Shown here piece by piece: positions 18,305-32,004 of a stretch of DNA of 64,000 nt. Every line of letters begins with the position of its first letter. The first letter of the stretch is position 1. Source of the stretch: Eledone cirrhosa. Taxonomy: Eukaryota. The stretch lies in the NCBI GenBank assembly GCA_964016885.1, contig OZ024741.1, positions 401,326,001 through 401,390,000 of the forward strand. Reading direction: 5' to 3'. Position numbers and translations under genes: made by a program. A model generated the notes under the pieces. That model had not been told where the DNA came from, did no database searches, and saw only the letters and a list, made by a program, of their open reading frames with translations.

Positions 18305-18924
18305 AAAGAATAGAGGTGTAACACACAAGTTATTATATATTGGTAAACGGAATAGAAAATGCTGACAAATTGTTCACAGTTGAAAAATGGTTTAATTAGG
18401 AATAAAAGAGTATTAGTGATTCTATGGGTTAGTATTCAGTTGTGGTTTTAAGTTTTTAAGTTTTTACCGGTTGCGCATTTCTAAATGCTTTTCAAAAATA
18501 ATTTTGAGATAGAGTGTCCGTGTTGTTTGCTCTGATCTGATCAGTTTTGGGAATTCTACCTGTTTTTATGTTAAAAAAGTGGCTCCAGCGTTACTTTGGT
18601 GTTGCAAAAATTCTTGTGGTCAAAACAATTTTGATTGGTCGGTAGAGGTCATGTGAATGTAAAAAATTGATTTTGCGCCAAGACTGTTTTTATGTTAAAA
18701 AAGTGGCTCCAGCGCTATTTGGTGTTTGCAAAAATTCTTGTGGTCAAAACAATTTTGATTGGTCGGTAGAGGTCATGTGAATAAAAAATTGGTTTTGCGC
18801 CAAGATTGAGAAATGACTCTTTCACAACAAATATGTGTGTGTGTGTGTGTCTGTGTAGTAGTAGTAAGGTGTTCGATGTTGTGATAATGGTTAGCAGGGA
18901 TGTGTGTCAAATGGCTATTAAGAT

Positions 18925-18963
<39 letters not shown>

Positions 18964-19321
18964 GCAGAGTAATTCGTGGTAGCAGGGATGGTCAGTAAGA
19001 ATGTGTCTGAAAGCAATGGGGGGTATTTTAGCATGTCAAAAGATATTTTTCAGCTTTTGTCTTATATGGAGAAGTGCGTGTGTGTGTGTGTATAAGTCTA
19101 TTTGTATGTTAATGTGCGCGTGTGTATGTGTGTGTGTATATAAGTGTGTGTGTGTGTGTGTGTGTGTGGGTGGACCAGTATTTTTTTCCCCCTGGTAAAA
19201 TGGTGTACATTATTCGATTTTTTTCAGTAAAATCGGTTCTCTTAATAGAACATCAAAAATCTTAACAATAAAAGATGTGAAATGATATTCACTACATATA
19301 TATACACATGCATATATTCAC

Positions 19322-19375
<54 letters not shown>

Positions 19376-19660
19376 TATACACATATATTTTTATGTGTTG
19401 CACCATAGAGCATGTGTGTTTACGTATGTCATTGTGTTTATATGTGGGTGGAGATGTGTGGTGATGTAGGTATGTATGTTAACGTGTGTATGTTGTGGGT
19501 TCGTCTTAGGGAGAAGTGTTTAGACGGGGTCCGTATTTGTTAATGAAGTAAGATTCCTTGCTGATGCGCTGGGTGTGGGTGGCATTATCTTTAAATTTGT
19601 AGAGGGGAAAGATTCTGAAGTTGGGATGATTTTGGGCGGCACTGTGTTCACTCAGTGGTA
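18301..19660 (-). mobile_element. 5'-truncated Neptune-type PLE end (last ~50 aa of GIY-YIG, 3' UTR, mutated HHR)
   Basis: [30 protein letters not shown] resembles the C-terminus of the 25499-28822 ORF. There is a ~125-bp tandem duplication at 18560-18803. The HHR-like TTGAAAA-GCATTT AG AAATGC-GCAAC CG GTA lies at 18461-18500 (-). Confidence 0.7.
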
Positions 19661-19669
19661 TTATATATG

Positions 19670-19746
<77 letters not shown>

Positions 19747-19747
19747 G

Positions 19748-19780
<33 letters not shown>

Positions 19781-19781
19781 G

Positions 19782-19828
<47 letters not shown>

Positions 19829-19835
19829 GTATCTG

Positions 19836-19885
<50 letters not shown>

Positions 19886-19893
19886 CGTATCTG

Positions 19894-19948
<55 letters not shown>

Positions 19949-19955
19949 GTATCTG

Positions 19956-19994
<39 letters not shown>

Positions 19995-20035
19995 GTATAT
20001 ATATCTATATATATATACATATATGTATATATATC

Positions 20036-20146
<111 letters not shown>

Positions 20147-20177
20147 CTATATATATACACATATATGTATATATATC

Positions 20178-20209
<32 letters not shown>

Positions 20210-20416
20210 AGAGAGAATTTAGGCGTCAGAGGGACGTACGGGTTAGTGTACTTCGAATATTTAATACTGCCGGCACTAGTATCGAGCACCTTTGGCATAC
20301 GCTACTTGGCAAATAACTATATGTATCACCTATCCCTCCTTTTTTCTCTCTTTCTCGATACGTAAATACTATATTACCGTGCTCCTTTTGTAGAGCATCT
20401 CACCTTATTTGCCATT

Positions 20417-23154
20417 ATGTTGGAGAACCAACCGTTACCCATGTCTCTCAAGTGTATCCCCTTACCCAGCAGAAAAACCTACCTTAAACTGCTTATAGAC
20501 GCTACTAATTCGTTTATACGGAGAGTCAGATGGAAGGCATACCACCTGGATAAGAACACCCGTAACCTTCCTGAACCCAAAGAGAGGTATGGTTTCAAAA
20601 CATACCGAAACCCACCGCACAACACCTTACTGGACTCCTTTGAAGAGGACCTGCTGAAAATGATCAAAAACGTTAAGTTCAGAAAGAAACACCAATGCAG
20701 CAATCCATTCTTAACGTCCCTTGATACACTAATAACTAAGATCAAGAATGACCCGCACCTCTTCGTCACCTCCGACAAAACCAAAAAGCTGTACAAGATG
20801 GGCGCGAGTGAGTATAAAAAATTCATCTATAAGGAACTACACAAAGACTACAAAAAGACACCCTCTAGTACCCTAAATGACATAAATAGAGTAGGGAAGG
20901 ATATAGTCACCAGCTTAGAAATAGAAAAGTACACTAACCCGTACGTCCCTCTGACGCCTAAATTCTCTCTTAAGGATCACAAATATGACTTTAATGAAAG
21001 CCCCTCTATTAGACTTATATGCCCCTCTACATCAGATATAGGTAAGATTAGTAAAGTGATCCTTGACAGAGTACTACTCGAGCTTAATAGAAAGGCTAAG
21101 GTCTGCTTCTGGGGCAACACCGACCAGGTCATAAATTGGTTCACCGAGTTGCCGGATAAAGCCGCCCTGAAATTCATCCAGTTTGATATAGATAGCTACT
21201 ACGCCTCTATCTCCCCCATACTCTTAAATAAGGCACTTATCTTAGCTAGATATAACACTAGCCTCACCAAAAAAGAAATAGACATAATTCTAGCGGCACG
21301 TAGAACCATTATCCAGTTCGAAGGCTCCCACTGGACCAGAACCAACCGTCCTGATAACTTCGATGTCACGATGGGGTCCAGCGACTCAGTGCAAGCAACT
21401 GACCTGGTTGGGATATACCTCCTACATAAGCTTAGGGAAGAAATACCGGCCCTACAAGGAGGTGTATATAGGGACGACGCCCTGTTTACCTTTAGGAACC
21501 ATAGCCCCCGTAGGATAGAGAACCTTAACAAACATATACACAGGTTCTTTAAGTCATACGGCCTATCCGTAACTATGGACCTCAACCACAGGGTTGTCAA
21601 CTTCCTGGACGTGACCCTGGAGTTGAGTACGGTCTTATACAAGCCATACCATAAGCCTGGAGAGTGCCTCTCTTACATTAATTATGCCTCCAACCACCCT
21701 AAGCAGACTCTCAACTCCATAGTCTATAGTATCTCACATAGAATCTCGAGGCTATCCGCCAATGAGGATATCTTCAACCAAGCGGCTGATTACTACAATA
21801 GGGCCCTGATAAGCGCCGGCTTTAACCGAGGAATTTCCTACATCCCTAACGCTAGCTCTAGAAACCACCCCCCTCATAAAACTAACGTTATAGTAAGCCA
21901 TACCTATAACCCATCACGCGGCGACCTCGTTAAAGTCGGATATAATAGAATAGATAACCGCACCGAAGATCACGTCCCCGGCGACGGTGAATACTGTAGA
22001 TTACTCAAACTATTCCCCTATTACAAAACCAACAAAGGCGACAGCCTACTACCAACGCCTTCCAACCAACATCTTCGTGTACATAAACATGGAAGTGGTA
22101 GAAAGAGTGCACCCGAGCATAAAGTGAAAGGGGCACCGGACCGGCGACAGCGCATTAACACACATATGAGCGATCACTTAGATGGAACCTCCCGTAGCAA
22201 AAGTACAAGGACACGTAATCGCCAACGTAACGTCCTATGGTTCCACCCCCCCCCCCCTACTCTCGAAGTGTGGCCTCCAACATACCCCGGATATTCTTCG
22301 AAGCCTTAGAGAAGAACTTCCCACCCAACCATAGGTATAGAAAAATTCTTAATAGGAACAATATAAAAATATCCTTCTCTACTACTCCTAACCTAGCAGA
22401 CATCATAGGAACAACGAACCACAGTAAGATCACCAAGACACAGCACCTCGACGCAGACTCACCTACACCTGACAATAACTGTATCGGCCTTAACAACTCC
22501 CTGACAGCATCCAATAGTGTTGGCAACGGCATCCGCAGACGCAACCAGAATGACCGCGAAGTGACTGGGGAGCATGCAAAACATGGCGTGCGGAATAACA
22601 ATCGCACCATCCCGCGTGCTGTGGGCTGTAATTGTGCTAACGACAGCTGCGGCAGCGCAGCTAGCAACGTAGGCAGCAACAATGATAGCCTTATCGTGGG
22701 AAATAGACGGAACAGCGACAGAAATTGCAACTGCCGCGACAGAGGACGGTGCCCCCTTAGAGGATACTGCTTGACCGATAGGGTTATATATAGATGCACT
22801 ATTACTAGCCACAACAGCGTTAAACATTATATAGGGGCCACCTCCGGCCCGTTCAAAATTAGGTTTCGAACACATCTCCACTCTTTCACAAATAGAAAAC
22901 TAAGGCACTCCGCCTCGCTCGCGGACTACATCACATCACTAAAGGACTTAAAAATTAGCTTCTCCACGCACTGGGAGATTGTCGACAGGGCTGCACCGTA
23001 CAACTTCAAGAGGAAATGCGATCTTTGCCTCATGGAGCTCTACCACATCATAACTGCACCCCACGAGCTCATCAACAGCAGAGCTGAAACAGCGATAAGT
23101 TGTACACATCGCTTTAAAATATCCTTCTTTAGATGGGTTAAGAATGAAGAGTGA
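20417..23154 (+). CDS. Naiad RT / GIY-YIG endonuclease polyprotein (~910 aa; one frameshift in the poly-C run at ~22246-22257)
   Basis: SLKCIPLP, FIRRVRWKAY, FIQFDI, FDVTMGS, VYRDD, NFLDV and WFHPP|YS..FPPNHRY, CNCR..CPL..CL, VIYRC..YIG..FKIRF..H, CDLCLME..CTH. Confidence 0.88.
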
Positions 23155-23403
23155 AATAGCACACTGGATCTCCCTGCAACAAGTCTTAACACCCCGGCGG
23201 GTAGGCGCAGCAAAATAACACCCAGAAAACAATCCTTGCATACCAAAAATTATCCGGGAAGGACTGCCCTAACACCGGCCAAAGTTACCTCCCTTGACCT
23301 GCTGCAAAATCAAAACAAGATATTTTTGCGAGCAATGAATCTTGATGTGGATTTAACCCCCAAAACTCTTTCCGAACTATATAAGGAACACTTGTGATTG
23401 TTT

Positions 23404-23446
23404 ATGCCTTTGAGAAGCCCAACTGGGCGAAACGTACGTAGGTGAT
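23404..23446 (+). ncRNA. Hammerhead ribozyme motif, U3-A8 core (UUGAGAA)
   Basis: TGCCT-TTGAGAA-GCCC AACT GGGC-GAAAC GTAC GTA-GGTG; palindromic stem III ACGTACGT; stem I is imperfect. Confidence 0.7.
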
Positions 23447-23645
23447 ATTTTAAATAAACATGTTTTAACGGTCTATTCTCCGATTTTTCACTTTCCCACG
23501 TGCTTACGCCCACTAAATATTAACACTTCGAATATTTAATACTGCCGGCACTAGTATCGAGCACCTTTGGCATACGCTACTTGGCAAATAACTATATGTA
23601 TCACCTATCCCTCCTTTTTTTCTCTCTTTCTCGATACGTAAATAC

Positions 23646-23849
<204 letters not shown>

Positions 23850-23850
23850 C

Positions 23851-23883
<33 letters not shown>

Positions 23884-23945
23884 TATGTCTATGTATATAT
23901 ATATATATATATGTATATACATATATGTATATATATATATATATG

Positions 23946-24083
<138 letters not shown>

Positions 24084-24197
24084 CATATATAGAGAAAATT
24101 GAGGTTGGTAATGGCACATGGAATATATAAGAGACAGAATACTTTTTTGTGAAAAAACATATAATTTTATAAGGTAAGGAAATAATAAAGGGTATAA

Positions 24198-24245
24198 AAA
24201 ATGACCGGTTTCGATGGGTCTGCAAAAGCCATCTTTTCAAATGTT
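24198..24245 (-). ncRNA. Hammerhead ribozyme motif, U3-A8 core (UUGAAAA)
   Basis: Reverse complement reads AACAT-TTGAAAA-GATGG CTTTTGCAGAC CCATC-GAAAC CG GTC-ATTTT; palindromic ACCGGT; GUC triplet. Confidence 0.7.
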
Positions 24246-24598
24246 GATTAATATTAAGAAAAATTAATAATAAGAAGAGTTAAAATTTGAGATTTGAAAA
24301 TTCAAGTATAAAATTCATTGTGGGATTTCATAGTAGTTTTCATCTTGGTAGCAGCTCGTTGACTGCTTCTGGTAGTGAATGAGAAGTTATTTGGGGGTGT
24401 GGGTTATTTTATAAAGGTCAAATTTAGCAATGGCCAGATAGCCAGCTGCTGGTCAGTGAGGGGGTGGAAGCAATATACATACATATATCTTCCTGTGCTC
24501 GGTAGGAGAGGGGAGATTGATAGAAAGGGATTTAGTGCACTTACACCTATATATACACACATACCTTCATCCACACATACATACATATACATATACAT

Positions 24599-24665
<67 letters not shown>

Positions 24666-24740
24666 CACACATACATACACACACACATACATATACATAC
24701 ACACATACACACACACATATATGCACATACACACACACAC

Positions 24741-24773
<33 letters not shown>

Positions 24774-24822
24774 TATATATACATACACATACATCCAGAT
24801 ACATCCAGATACACACATACAT

Positions 24823-24860
<38 letters not shown>

Positions 24861-24998
24861 GTGTGTACATACATATATATACACACATATACATACACAT
24901 ATATATACACACACCCACACATACATACACACACACATATATATACATACACACATACAAACACACACACACACACACATATATACACATACACACAC

Positions 24999-25031
<33 letters not shown>

Positions 25032-25498
25032 TATATATACACATACGCATACATCCAGATACACACATACATACACACACACACACACACACACGCACGC
25101 ACAATACATACATCCACATGCACACACATACACACACACACACATATACACATACATACACCCACACACAGAGAAATGGCCTCCAAATATATATATATAC
25201 ATACATACACATATATTGTTTCCATAATATAAGAAGTTAGGGCAGTGAAATTAAAATACAAGTCATTCTGATCACATTGAGTTCTTCATGTAGATTGGGC
25301 CCCGCAACCGACAGTGGTGAATTCTGTGTGCGCATATATATATAGATATATGTGTGTGCACGTGCAGGGTTTAACATGGATGTGTTGGTCACACAAAGGC
25401 ATGGTCTGTCAACGAATAAACCTGATTCTACAGAATTGGTCTCTGGTCTTTAATAGTAGTGATTCCGTGCGTATGTGTGTTTATATTTTATGACAATT

Positions 25499-28400
25499 CT
25501 ATTGGGGTGATAACCCGTTTAGTTTAAATTTGTTAAGGAATAGATTTTCTTTGTTTATTCTTTGTTGCTGTGTGAACGAATCTGAGCACTTGTAGAAGGG
25601 GAAGATTTTAAAGTTGGGTAGTGTCATTCCTGTGCAGTTCGCAATATGGCTGCTCAAGGGGATTTTTCTTGTGCTAGCGTCCCGGATTTGTTGGCGGTGG
25701 ATGGTCATTCTTTTGCGTAATGAGGTGCCCGTCTGTCCTATGTAGTTGTGTTTGCACCCACCGCAAGTTATTGCGTAAATCAAGTTCTCCGAGTTGCAGG
25801 TGAAATTGTTTTTTACTGTAAATGTTTGGCCATCTTTAAATGTAAATTTTTGTCCTTCAGTGAGGTAGAGGCACGTTCCACAGTTTGTTCTACCACATTT
25901 GGTAACTGTAGGGTTGAGGATTGGTTTGGGTATATTTGGTCCAGTGAGAATGCGTTTTAGTGATTTGGGTTGTCTTTTACTTTTAAGGATCTTGTGTGTT
26001 TCAAGAATAGACTTCATTTTTACATCTTTAAGTAGGATGGGGAGGTTTTTATGTAGGTGATCAAACATTTCGGTATTTCTGGGGTTGAAAGTGGATACAT
26101 ATGGCAGGGTGTTGAGTGTGGTTTTCTGTTTTGGATTGTTAAGTTGATGGGGATTTAGGTGTTTTGCCCTGTCTATTCCATTGTTGATTATTTCAAGTGG
26201 AAAGGCTCTTAAGATAAGGGTGTCTTTTAGTTCCTTTAGTCTTTGCTCCCGTTTAGGTGGATCTGATACTATGGTACATATACGTTTGGCCAAATTGTAA
26301 GGAATGTTAAGTTTTGTATGTTTTGGGTGACTTGATATGAAAAAGAGGTATTGCTTGGAATCTGAGGGTTTATAGAATATATCTGTATCTAATTTCCCGT
26401 CTATTACAGAGATGAGAATATCCAAGAAGGCTAATTCCTTGGGATTGGATTCCATTGTGAATTGTATGTTATTATCTATGTTGTTTATCATGTTTTTAAA
26501 CATAGTAAGTGAGTTCATGTCTTCTTGCCATAGGATAAAGCAGTCGTCTAGATATCTTTTCCAATTGGCTTTGAGGTGTGTGTGGAAAGAGTCTCCAAAT
26601 AAGAGAAGGGACTGACTGTATATTTGTTGTTCATGGAATCCCATGACTAGGTTGGCATATGTGGGTGCTACTTTCGTGCCCATTGCCGTACCTGATACTT
26701 GTCTGTATGTTGAACCATTGAATGTGAAGTAGTTATTTTGTAGGATAAAGCGGAGTCCGTCAGTGATAAAATCTTTGTTGATGCGTGTCGGTATTTCTGA
26801 TGGGTGTGTGTTAAGCCAGTATTGGACTGCTGTTATTCCATAGTTGTGGGGTATGTTTGTGTAGAGGTTTATTACGTCAAAGGAGACAAGAATTGTATTT
26901 GCACTTACTGTTTTAGGGAGGTGTTTCAGCATGTCAAGGTCATCTCGTATGTAGCTCTGTATATGTTGTAGAAAGGGTTTCAGTAGGATGTCCAGAAAGT
27001 TGCTAAGTCTGTGGGTTTCACATGTAGGGCCTGCTATAATTAGCCTGAGTTTTAGGTCTTCTGGTGGTGTTAGTTCAATGTAATTGTTGGTTGAGGTGTC
27101 ACATGCATCGTTTATGGGTTTACATTTGTGGAGTTTCGGTAAGTCGTAAAAAGAGCTTGTATTGCATTTGAAGTGGCTTATATAGTTAAACTCTTTTGTG
27201 GTTAAGCTGTTGCGGTATTTATTCAGTAAGGTCAAAAGGTTCCCCATTGTTTTGGTGTGTTTGTAGTTTTCTGTTTTTTCATAGTATGTGTTGTTTTCTA
27301 AAATGTTAAGTGCGAGGGTCCTATAGTAGTCCGTATTCATAATGACAACAGTACTGCCTTTATCGGCTTCTTTGATAGTTATCTCAGGGTTGTTTCTAAG
27401 TGTGAATAATTCTTCCCATTCGTGTGTAGATAGGTTTGATTTCGTGTGTTTATTTGTAATTTTTTCATAGGGAAAGTTGGTGATGTGTTCGCAGTACGTG
27501 TCCAGTGCTTTATTTCTTCCCTTTTGTGGGCAGAAATTGCTTTTATTTCTAACCAGTGATTCGTCTTCAGTGTTAGTGTCGTTGTGGAAGAATTCCGTTA
27601 GTCGCAGCTTTCGGCAGTATTCCATGATGTCATCCTTCATTTCGGGGAAGTTTGGTTTACGTGGTGTAGGTGTAAATTTCAGGCCCTTACTTAAAATGTT
27701 GATTTGTGTGTTGGTTAGAGGTGTCTTTGAGAGGTTGATTATTTTTGGTTTCTCCTGAGGGGGGGGGGGGGGCCATCGAGTATCCTGGTATTTCAGGCTT
27801 TTCCCTAAAAAAGGAATGTAGTTTTGTGTGTGATTATATTTTGTTGGTCTGTTGCGTGTGGGTCTGTAGCTTGTTGTTTCATGAGGATGAGTGTGATGGT
27901 GGGGGTGGTATGTGTTGTGGTTGTTGATGAGCAAGGGTTCTGTTGTTGGTTCATGTGGTCTGGGTGCGTTATTTCTGTGGTACAGAGTGTTGAGGTTGGG
28001 GGGTTGTCTTTTGTTGGATTGAGGGTGATGTCTGGTGTGGTTGTGGGTTAGTTCTGTTGTGATTTCAAGTGGTCTGGGTGGATTTCTTCTGAGGAATGTG
28101 GTGTGTGTGTTGTGAGTTGGATCTATGTTATTTCGTCGTTGGTTTATGTAGGGGGCATTTCTACGGAAACCTGTGTTGTGGTGGTTGGGTGTGTTTCTTT
28201 TGGTGTAGTTGGCCGTATTTGGTTTGTGTTGGTGGGGGATGTGCCTGTGGTTAGTGTGTGTTGGGTTTGGTGGTGTAAATGTGTCTGTTGTAGTTCTTGT
28301 TATGTTCAAATGCTTTATAAAGGGGTTACCTGTTTGGTGCGTCCTTTTAAAGTCTTCTTCATATTTGAGGAACCAGTTTTCGGATTTTTCCCACCGTTTA

Positions 28401-28822
28401 AGGGAAATAATTTCTGCATTCTCGCAGTCCTGTTTCCACGATTTGATTAAATTTTGTAGGGTTGTTCCCTCGGCCTTTTTAGTGCATTCTTCCTCCATAT
28501 TTTTATCAGTATCCTTATACTCTTGCTCGTTGGAGGTGGCCCTTAATTTTAGGAGTTCTATTTCCATGTTTATCCTGTTGAGTGACATTTGTTCACGGAG
28601 TTTTCTTTCTGGTTCAGGTTCGTTTGTAATATGCTTTATTTGGAATTTACGTGGTAAAACTATCGGTGTTGAGTTAATCCATTTTTGGTAAATTCCAGCT
28701 TTGTTGAGGTTTTTTATCATATTCCAGAAAGTGAATTTTCTGGTTTTTAGATGTTTTTTCCAGAGGTGTCCCATTTGGTTTTTGATATGGAGCAATGTCG
28801 TCTGTTCTGTGTTGGTATTCAT
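25499..28822 (-). CDS. Neptune-type PLE RT / Zn-linker / GIY-YIG protein (1107 aa; probable true start ATG at 29012 via a 1-nt slip in the T8 run at 28907-28914)
   Basis: IINLS..LSKGLKF, IKEADKG, LPKLHK, SFDVINLYTNIP, GTAMGT, RYLDD, FLDI, CGRTNCGTC, LIYAITC..C..YIGQT. Confidence 0.92.
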   Translation of the reverse strand: MNTNTEQTTLLHIKNQMGHLWKKHLKTRKFTFWNMIKNLNKAGIYQKWINSTPIVLPRKFQIKHITNEPEPERKLREQMSLNRINMEIELLKLRATSNEQEYKDTDKNMEEECTKKAEGTTLQNLIKSWKQDCENAEIISLKRWEKSENWFLKYEEDFKRTHQTGNPFIKHLNITRTTTDTFTPPNPTHTNHRHIPHQHKPNTANYTKRNTPNHHNTGFRRNAPYINQRRNNIDPTHNTHTTFLRRNPPRPLEITTELTHNHTRHHPQSNKRQPPNLNTLYHRNNAPRPHEPTTEPLLINNHNTYHPHHHTHPHETTSYRPTRNRPTKYNHTQNYIPFLGKSLKYQDTRWPPPPPQEKPKIINLSKTPLTNTQINILSKGLKFTPTPRKPNFPEMKDDIMEYCRKLRLTEFFHNDTNTEDESLVRNKSNFCPQKGRNKALDTYCEHITNFPYEKITNKHTKSNLSTHEWEELFTLRNNPEITIKEADKGSTVVIMNTDYYRTLALNILENNTYYEKTENYKHTKTMGNLLTLLNKYRNSLTTKEFNYISHFKCNTSSFYDLPKLHKCKPINDACDTSTNNYIELTPPEDLKLRLIIAGPTCETHRLSNFLDILLKPFLQHIQSYIRDDLDMLKHLPKTVSANTILVSFDVINLYTNIPHNYGITAVQYWLNTHPSEIPTRINKDFITDGLRFILQNNYFTFNGSTYRQVSGTAMGTKVAPTYANLVMGFHEQQIYSQSLLLFGDSFHTHLKANWKRYLDDCFILWQEDMNSLTMFKNMINNIDNNIQFTMESNPKELAFLDILISVIDGKLDTDIFYKPSDSKQYLFFISSHPKHTKLNIPYNLAKRICTIVSDPPKREQRLKELKDTLILRAFPLEIINNGIDRAKHLNPHQLNNPKQKTTLNTLPYVSTFNPRNTEMFDHLHKNLPILLKDVKMKSILETHKILKSKRQPKSLKRILTGPNIPKPILNPTVTKCGRTNCGTCLYLTEGQKFTFKDGQTFTVKNNFTCNSENLIYAITCGGCKHNYIGQTGTSLRKRMTIHRQQIRDASTRKIPLSSHIANCTGMTLPNFKIFPFYKCSDSFTQQQRINKENLFLNKFKLNGLSPQ

Positions 28823-29183
28823 AAGTTTTTCGATGAAGTTGCATACGTTTTGAACGTTTAAATAAATTTGGTTGTCAGTCGGTGTGGTGGTTTGGGGTAT
28901 ATCCTGTTTTTTTTGTCAGAATGGTGAGTTTTCCATTTATCTCTTTTAGGATTTTCAGGATTTCCTCATTTATATTGGAGTTTGAAGTTGTGTTGTCTTG
29001 TTCCAGTGCCATTTTCCGGATTTGCGTAGGTTAGTATATATGAAAAGTGTAATTTACTACACAAAACGAAGGTTATAGAGAAAATTGAGGTTGGTAATGG
29101 CACATGGAATATATAAGAGACAGAATACTTTTTTGTGAAAAAACATATAATTTTATAAGGTAAGGAAATAATAAAGGGTATAA

Positions 29184-29231
29184 AAAATGACCGGTTTCGA
29201 TGGGTCTGCAAAAGCCATCTTTTCAAATGTT
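29184..29231 (-). ncRNA. Hammerhead ribozyme motif, U3-A8 core (second pLTR copy)
   Basis: Identical to 24198-24245. Confidence 0.7.
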
Positions 29232-29611
29232 GATTAATATTAAGAAAAATTAATAATAAGAAGAGTTAAAATTTGAGATTTGAAAATTCAAGTATAAAAT
29301 TCATTGTGGGATTTCATAGTAGTTTTCATCTTGGTAGCAGCTCGTTGACTGCTTCTGGTAGTGAATGAGAAGTTATTTGGGGGTGTGGGTTATTTTATAA
29401 AGGTCAAATTTAGCAATGGCCAGATGGCCAGCTGCTGGTCAGTGAGGGGGTGGAAGCAATATACATACATATATCTTCCTGTGCTCGGTAGGAGAGGGGA
29501 GATTGATAGAAAGGGATTTAGTGCACTTACACCTATATATACACACATACCTTCATCCACACATACATACATATACATATACATACACACACATATATAT
29601 ATATATATATA

Positions 29612-30217
29612 TGGTGGCTGCCAACTCGTTTTCGAGTACGGCCACTACTTTATATCCATGTAGGAGAACCCCTACCGATGCGCTGAACGAATGTGACTTT
29701 TTAGTCCAGCCAGCGACTTGAAAACTCTGGTACAAAGACTACACTTGTGACCATTATTGACACATAGTGCAGGGCCCATGGTACCATGTGATGACAAGTG
29801 CAGAGAGATCTCCAGATATAAAGCAATGCCTGTGCTGTGAAGCTTTTATAGTGAGCAAAGGCACTGCACAAAGCCAGTCCCACTCTCTTAACCAAGATGA
29901 TATTTACCAAAAAGAAGAACAAGTCAACATCATTGGATACCATCAGGGTTGCAGGTGTTATATCAGAGTTTTCCTTCTCCTAGAATTCTGCCTTGACAAA
30001 GGCTAAGGGGTCATCTCTCCCGGTGATTTTGGATGGCTATTGAGTCTTAAGAGCTCCCTTGCCCTTTGACAGGTTTTGTTTTTAGTCCTGCAGGATGTCC
30101 AAAGTCACCCTCCTCACCAAGAAACCTTGGTGGGGTTGCCAGTTTAGTCGCCAACGACCCGACCATGAGACAGGTTGTACTGGGATACATGTTACCAGTA
30201 GCACCAACTGGTGACCT

Positions 30218-30220
<3 letters not shown>
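29612..30220. mobile_element. ~610-bp non-coding insertion into the (TA)n of the upstream pLTR
   Basis: Absent from the sister repeat (24612-24660). More GC-rich than its surroundings. The minus strand has CTAGGAGAAGGAAAACTCTG, reminiscent of RTE 5' UTRs (from memory). Confidence 0.6.
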
Positions 30221-30258
<38 letters not shown>

Positions 30259-30398
30259 ATACACACACACATACATATACATACACACATACACACATAC
30301 ATATATGCACATACACACACATATATATATATACACACACACACACACATATATATACATACACATACATCCAGATACATCCAGATACACACATACAT

Positions 30399-30436
<38 letters not shown>

Positions 30437-30538
30437 GTGTGTACATACATATATATACACACATATACATACACATATATATACACACACCCACACATAC
30501 ATACACACACACATATATATATACATACACACATACAA

Positions 30539-30569
<31 letters not shown>

Positions 30570-30578
30570 CACATACAC

Positions 30579-30667
<89 letters not shown>

Positions 30668-31309
30668 AGTTATATATTAATATATATGCTAAACACATAC
30701 GTGTTTGTATTGTAAGAGACAAAGTTAGCTAGAACGAAATAAATTAATTAAAGTGAATACAATTTGTCTGTCTCGATATAAGTCAATAAAGACAAGCTTA
30801 TATTGGCAAAAGCCGTGATTCCTGGACAAATTTAAATTTCAAAATCCAAACCTGCTCCGTAGATGAATTTGAACTTCGAAGCCTAAATATGTTTCGCAAC
30901 GATGGTACATGAATTGAAATATAAAAAATTTGAAATAAAATTGAAATTAAAAGTGAAATATTCAAATCTCCTGTGCTTATCAACAGGAATCCAGTAAAAT
31001 TAGTACATTCCACCTTCAAAAATTTTGCAGGACTAATTACACGTGGTGTAGCCAACTATACTAGCCATCCTATACTCCCGGTGCTAGAAATAACAGCCGT
31101 TTATATGGGATTAAAAATTAGCTCTACATTTAAGGAGCAATAATACTATATTATATTTAGAGTTTAAACTCCAAGTCATTTACAATTAATCACGTATGTG
31201 TTTATCATATATATTAATATATAACTTGTATTTCACTGCTCGGAAATGCTTCTTTCTTTGAGCTGATTAATTGTAAATGACTTTGAGTTTAAACTCTAAA
31301 TATAATATA

Positions 31310-31409
<100 letters not shown>

Positions 31410-31418
31410 TTATATATG

Positions 31419-31452
<34 letters not shown>

Positions 31453-31454
31453 CG

Positions 31455-31525
<71 letters not shown>

Positions 31526-31601
31526 GTATATGTATATATATATATATGTATATATATATATGTATATATGTATATATATGTATATATATATATGTATATA
31601 T

Positions 31602-31656
31602 ATTACTCTTTTACCTGTTTCAGCCATCCGGCTGAGGCCATGCTGGGGCACCGCCC
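31602..31656 (-). mobile_element. ~50-bp retroposon 3'-end fragment in (TA)n
   Basis: Reverse complement of 14522-14573. Confidence 0.55.
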
Positions 31657-31804
31657 TATATGTATATATATATATGTATATATATATATGTATATATGTA
31701 TATATATATGTATATATATATATATGTATATATATATATGTATATATATATGTGTATATATATATATGTATATATATATATGTATATATGTATATGTATA
31801 TATG

Positions 31805-31855
<51 letters not shown>

Positions 31856-31856
31856 G

Positions 31857-31890
<34 letters not shown>

Positions 31891-31904
31891 TATAGGTATA
31901 TATG

Positions 31905-31972
<68 letters not shown>

Positions 31973-32004
31973 TGTGTATATATGTATATATATATATATA
32001 TATA

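Larger units (their letters stand above)
24090..30585 (-). mobile_element. Near full-length Neptune-type PLE with ~0.9-kb direct terminal repeats
   Basis: 24090-~25000 is repeated at 29076-30585, the latter interrupted by a 29612-30220 insert. (TA)n flanks. Each repeat has an HHR. Confidence 0.9.
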
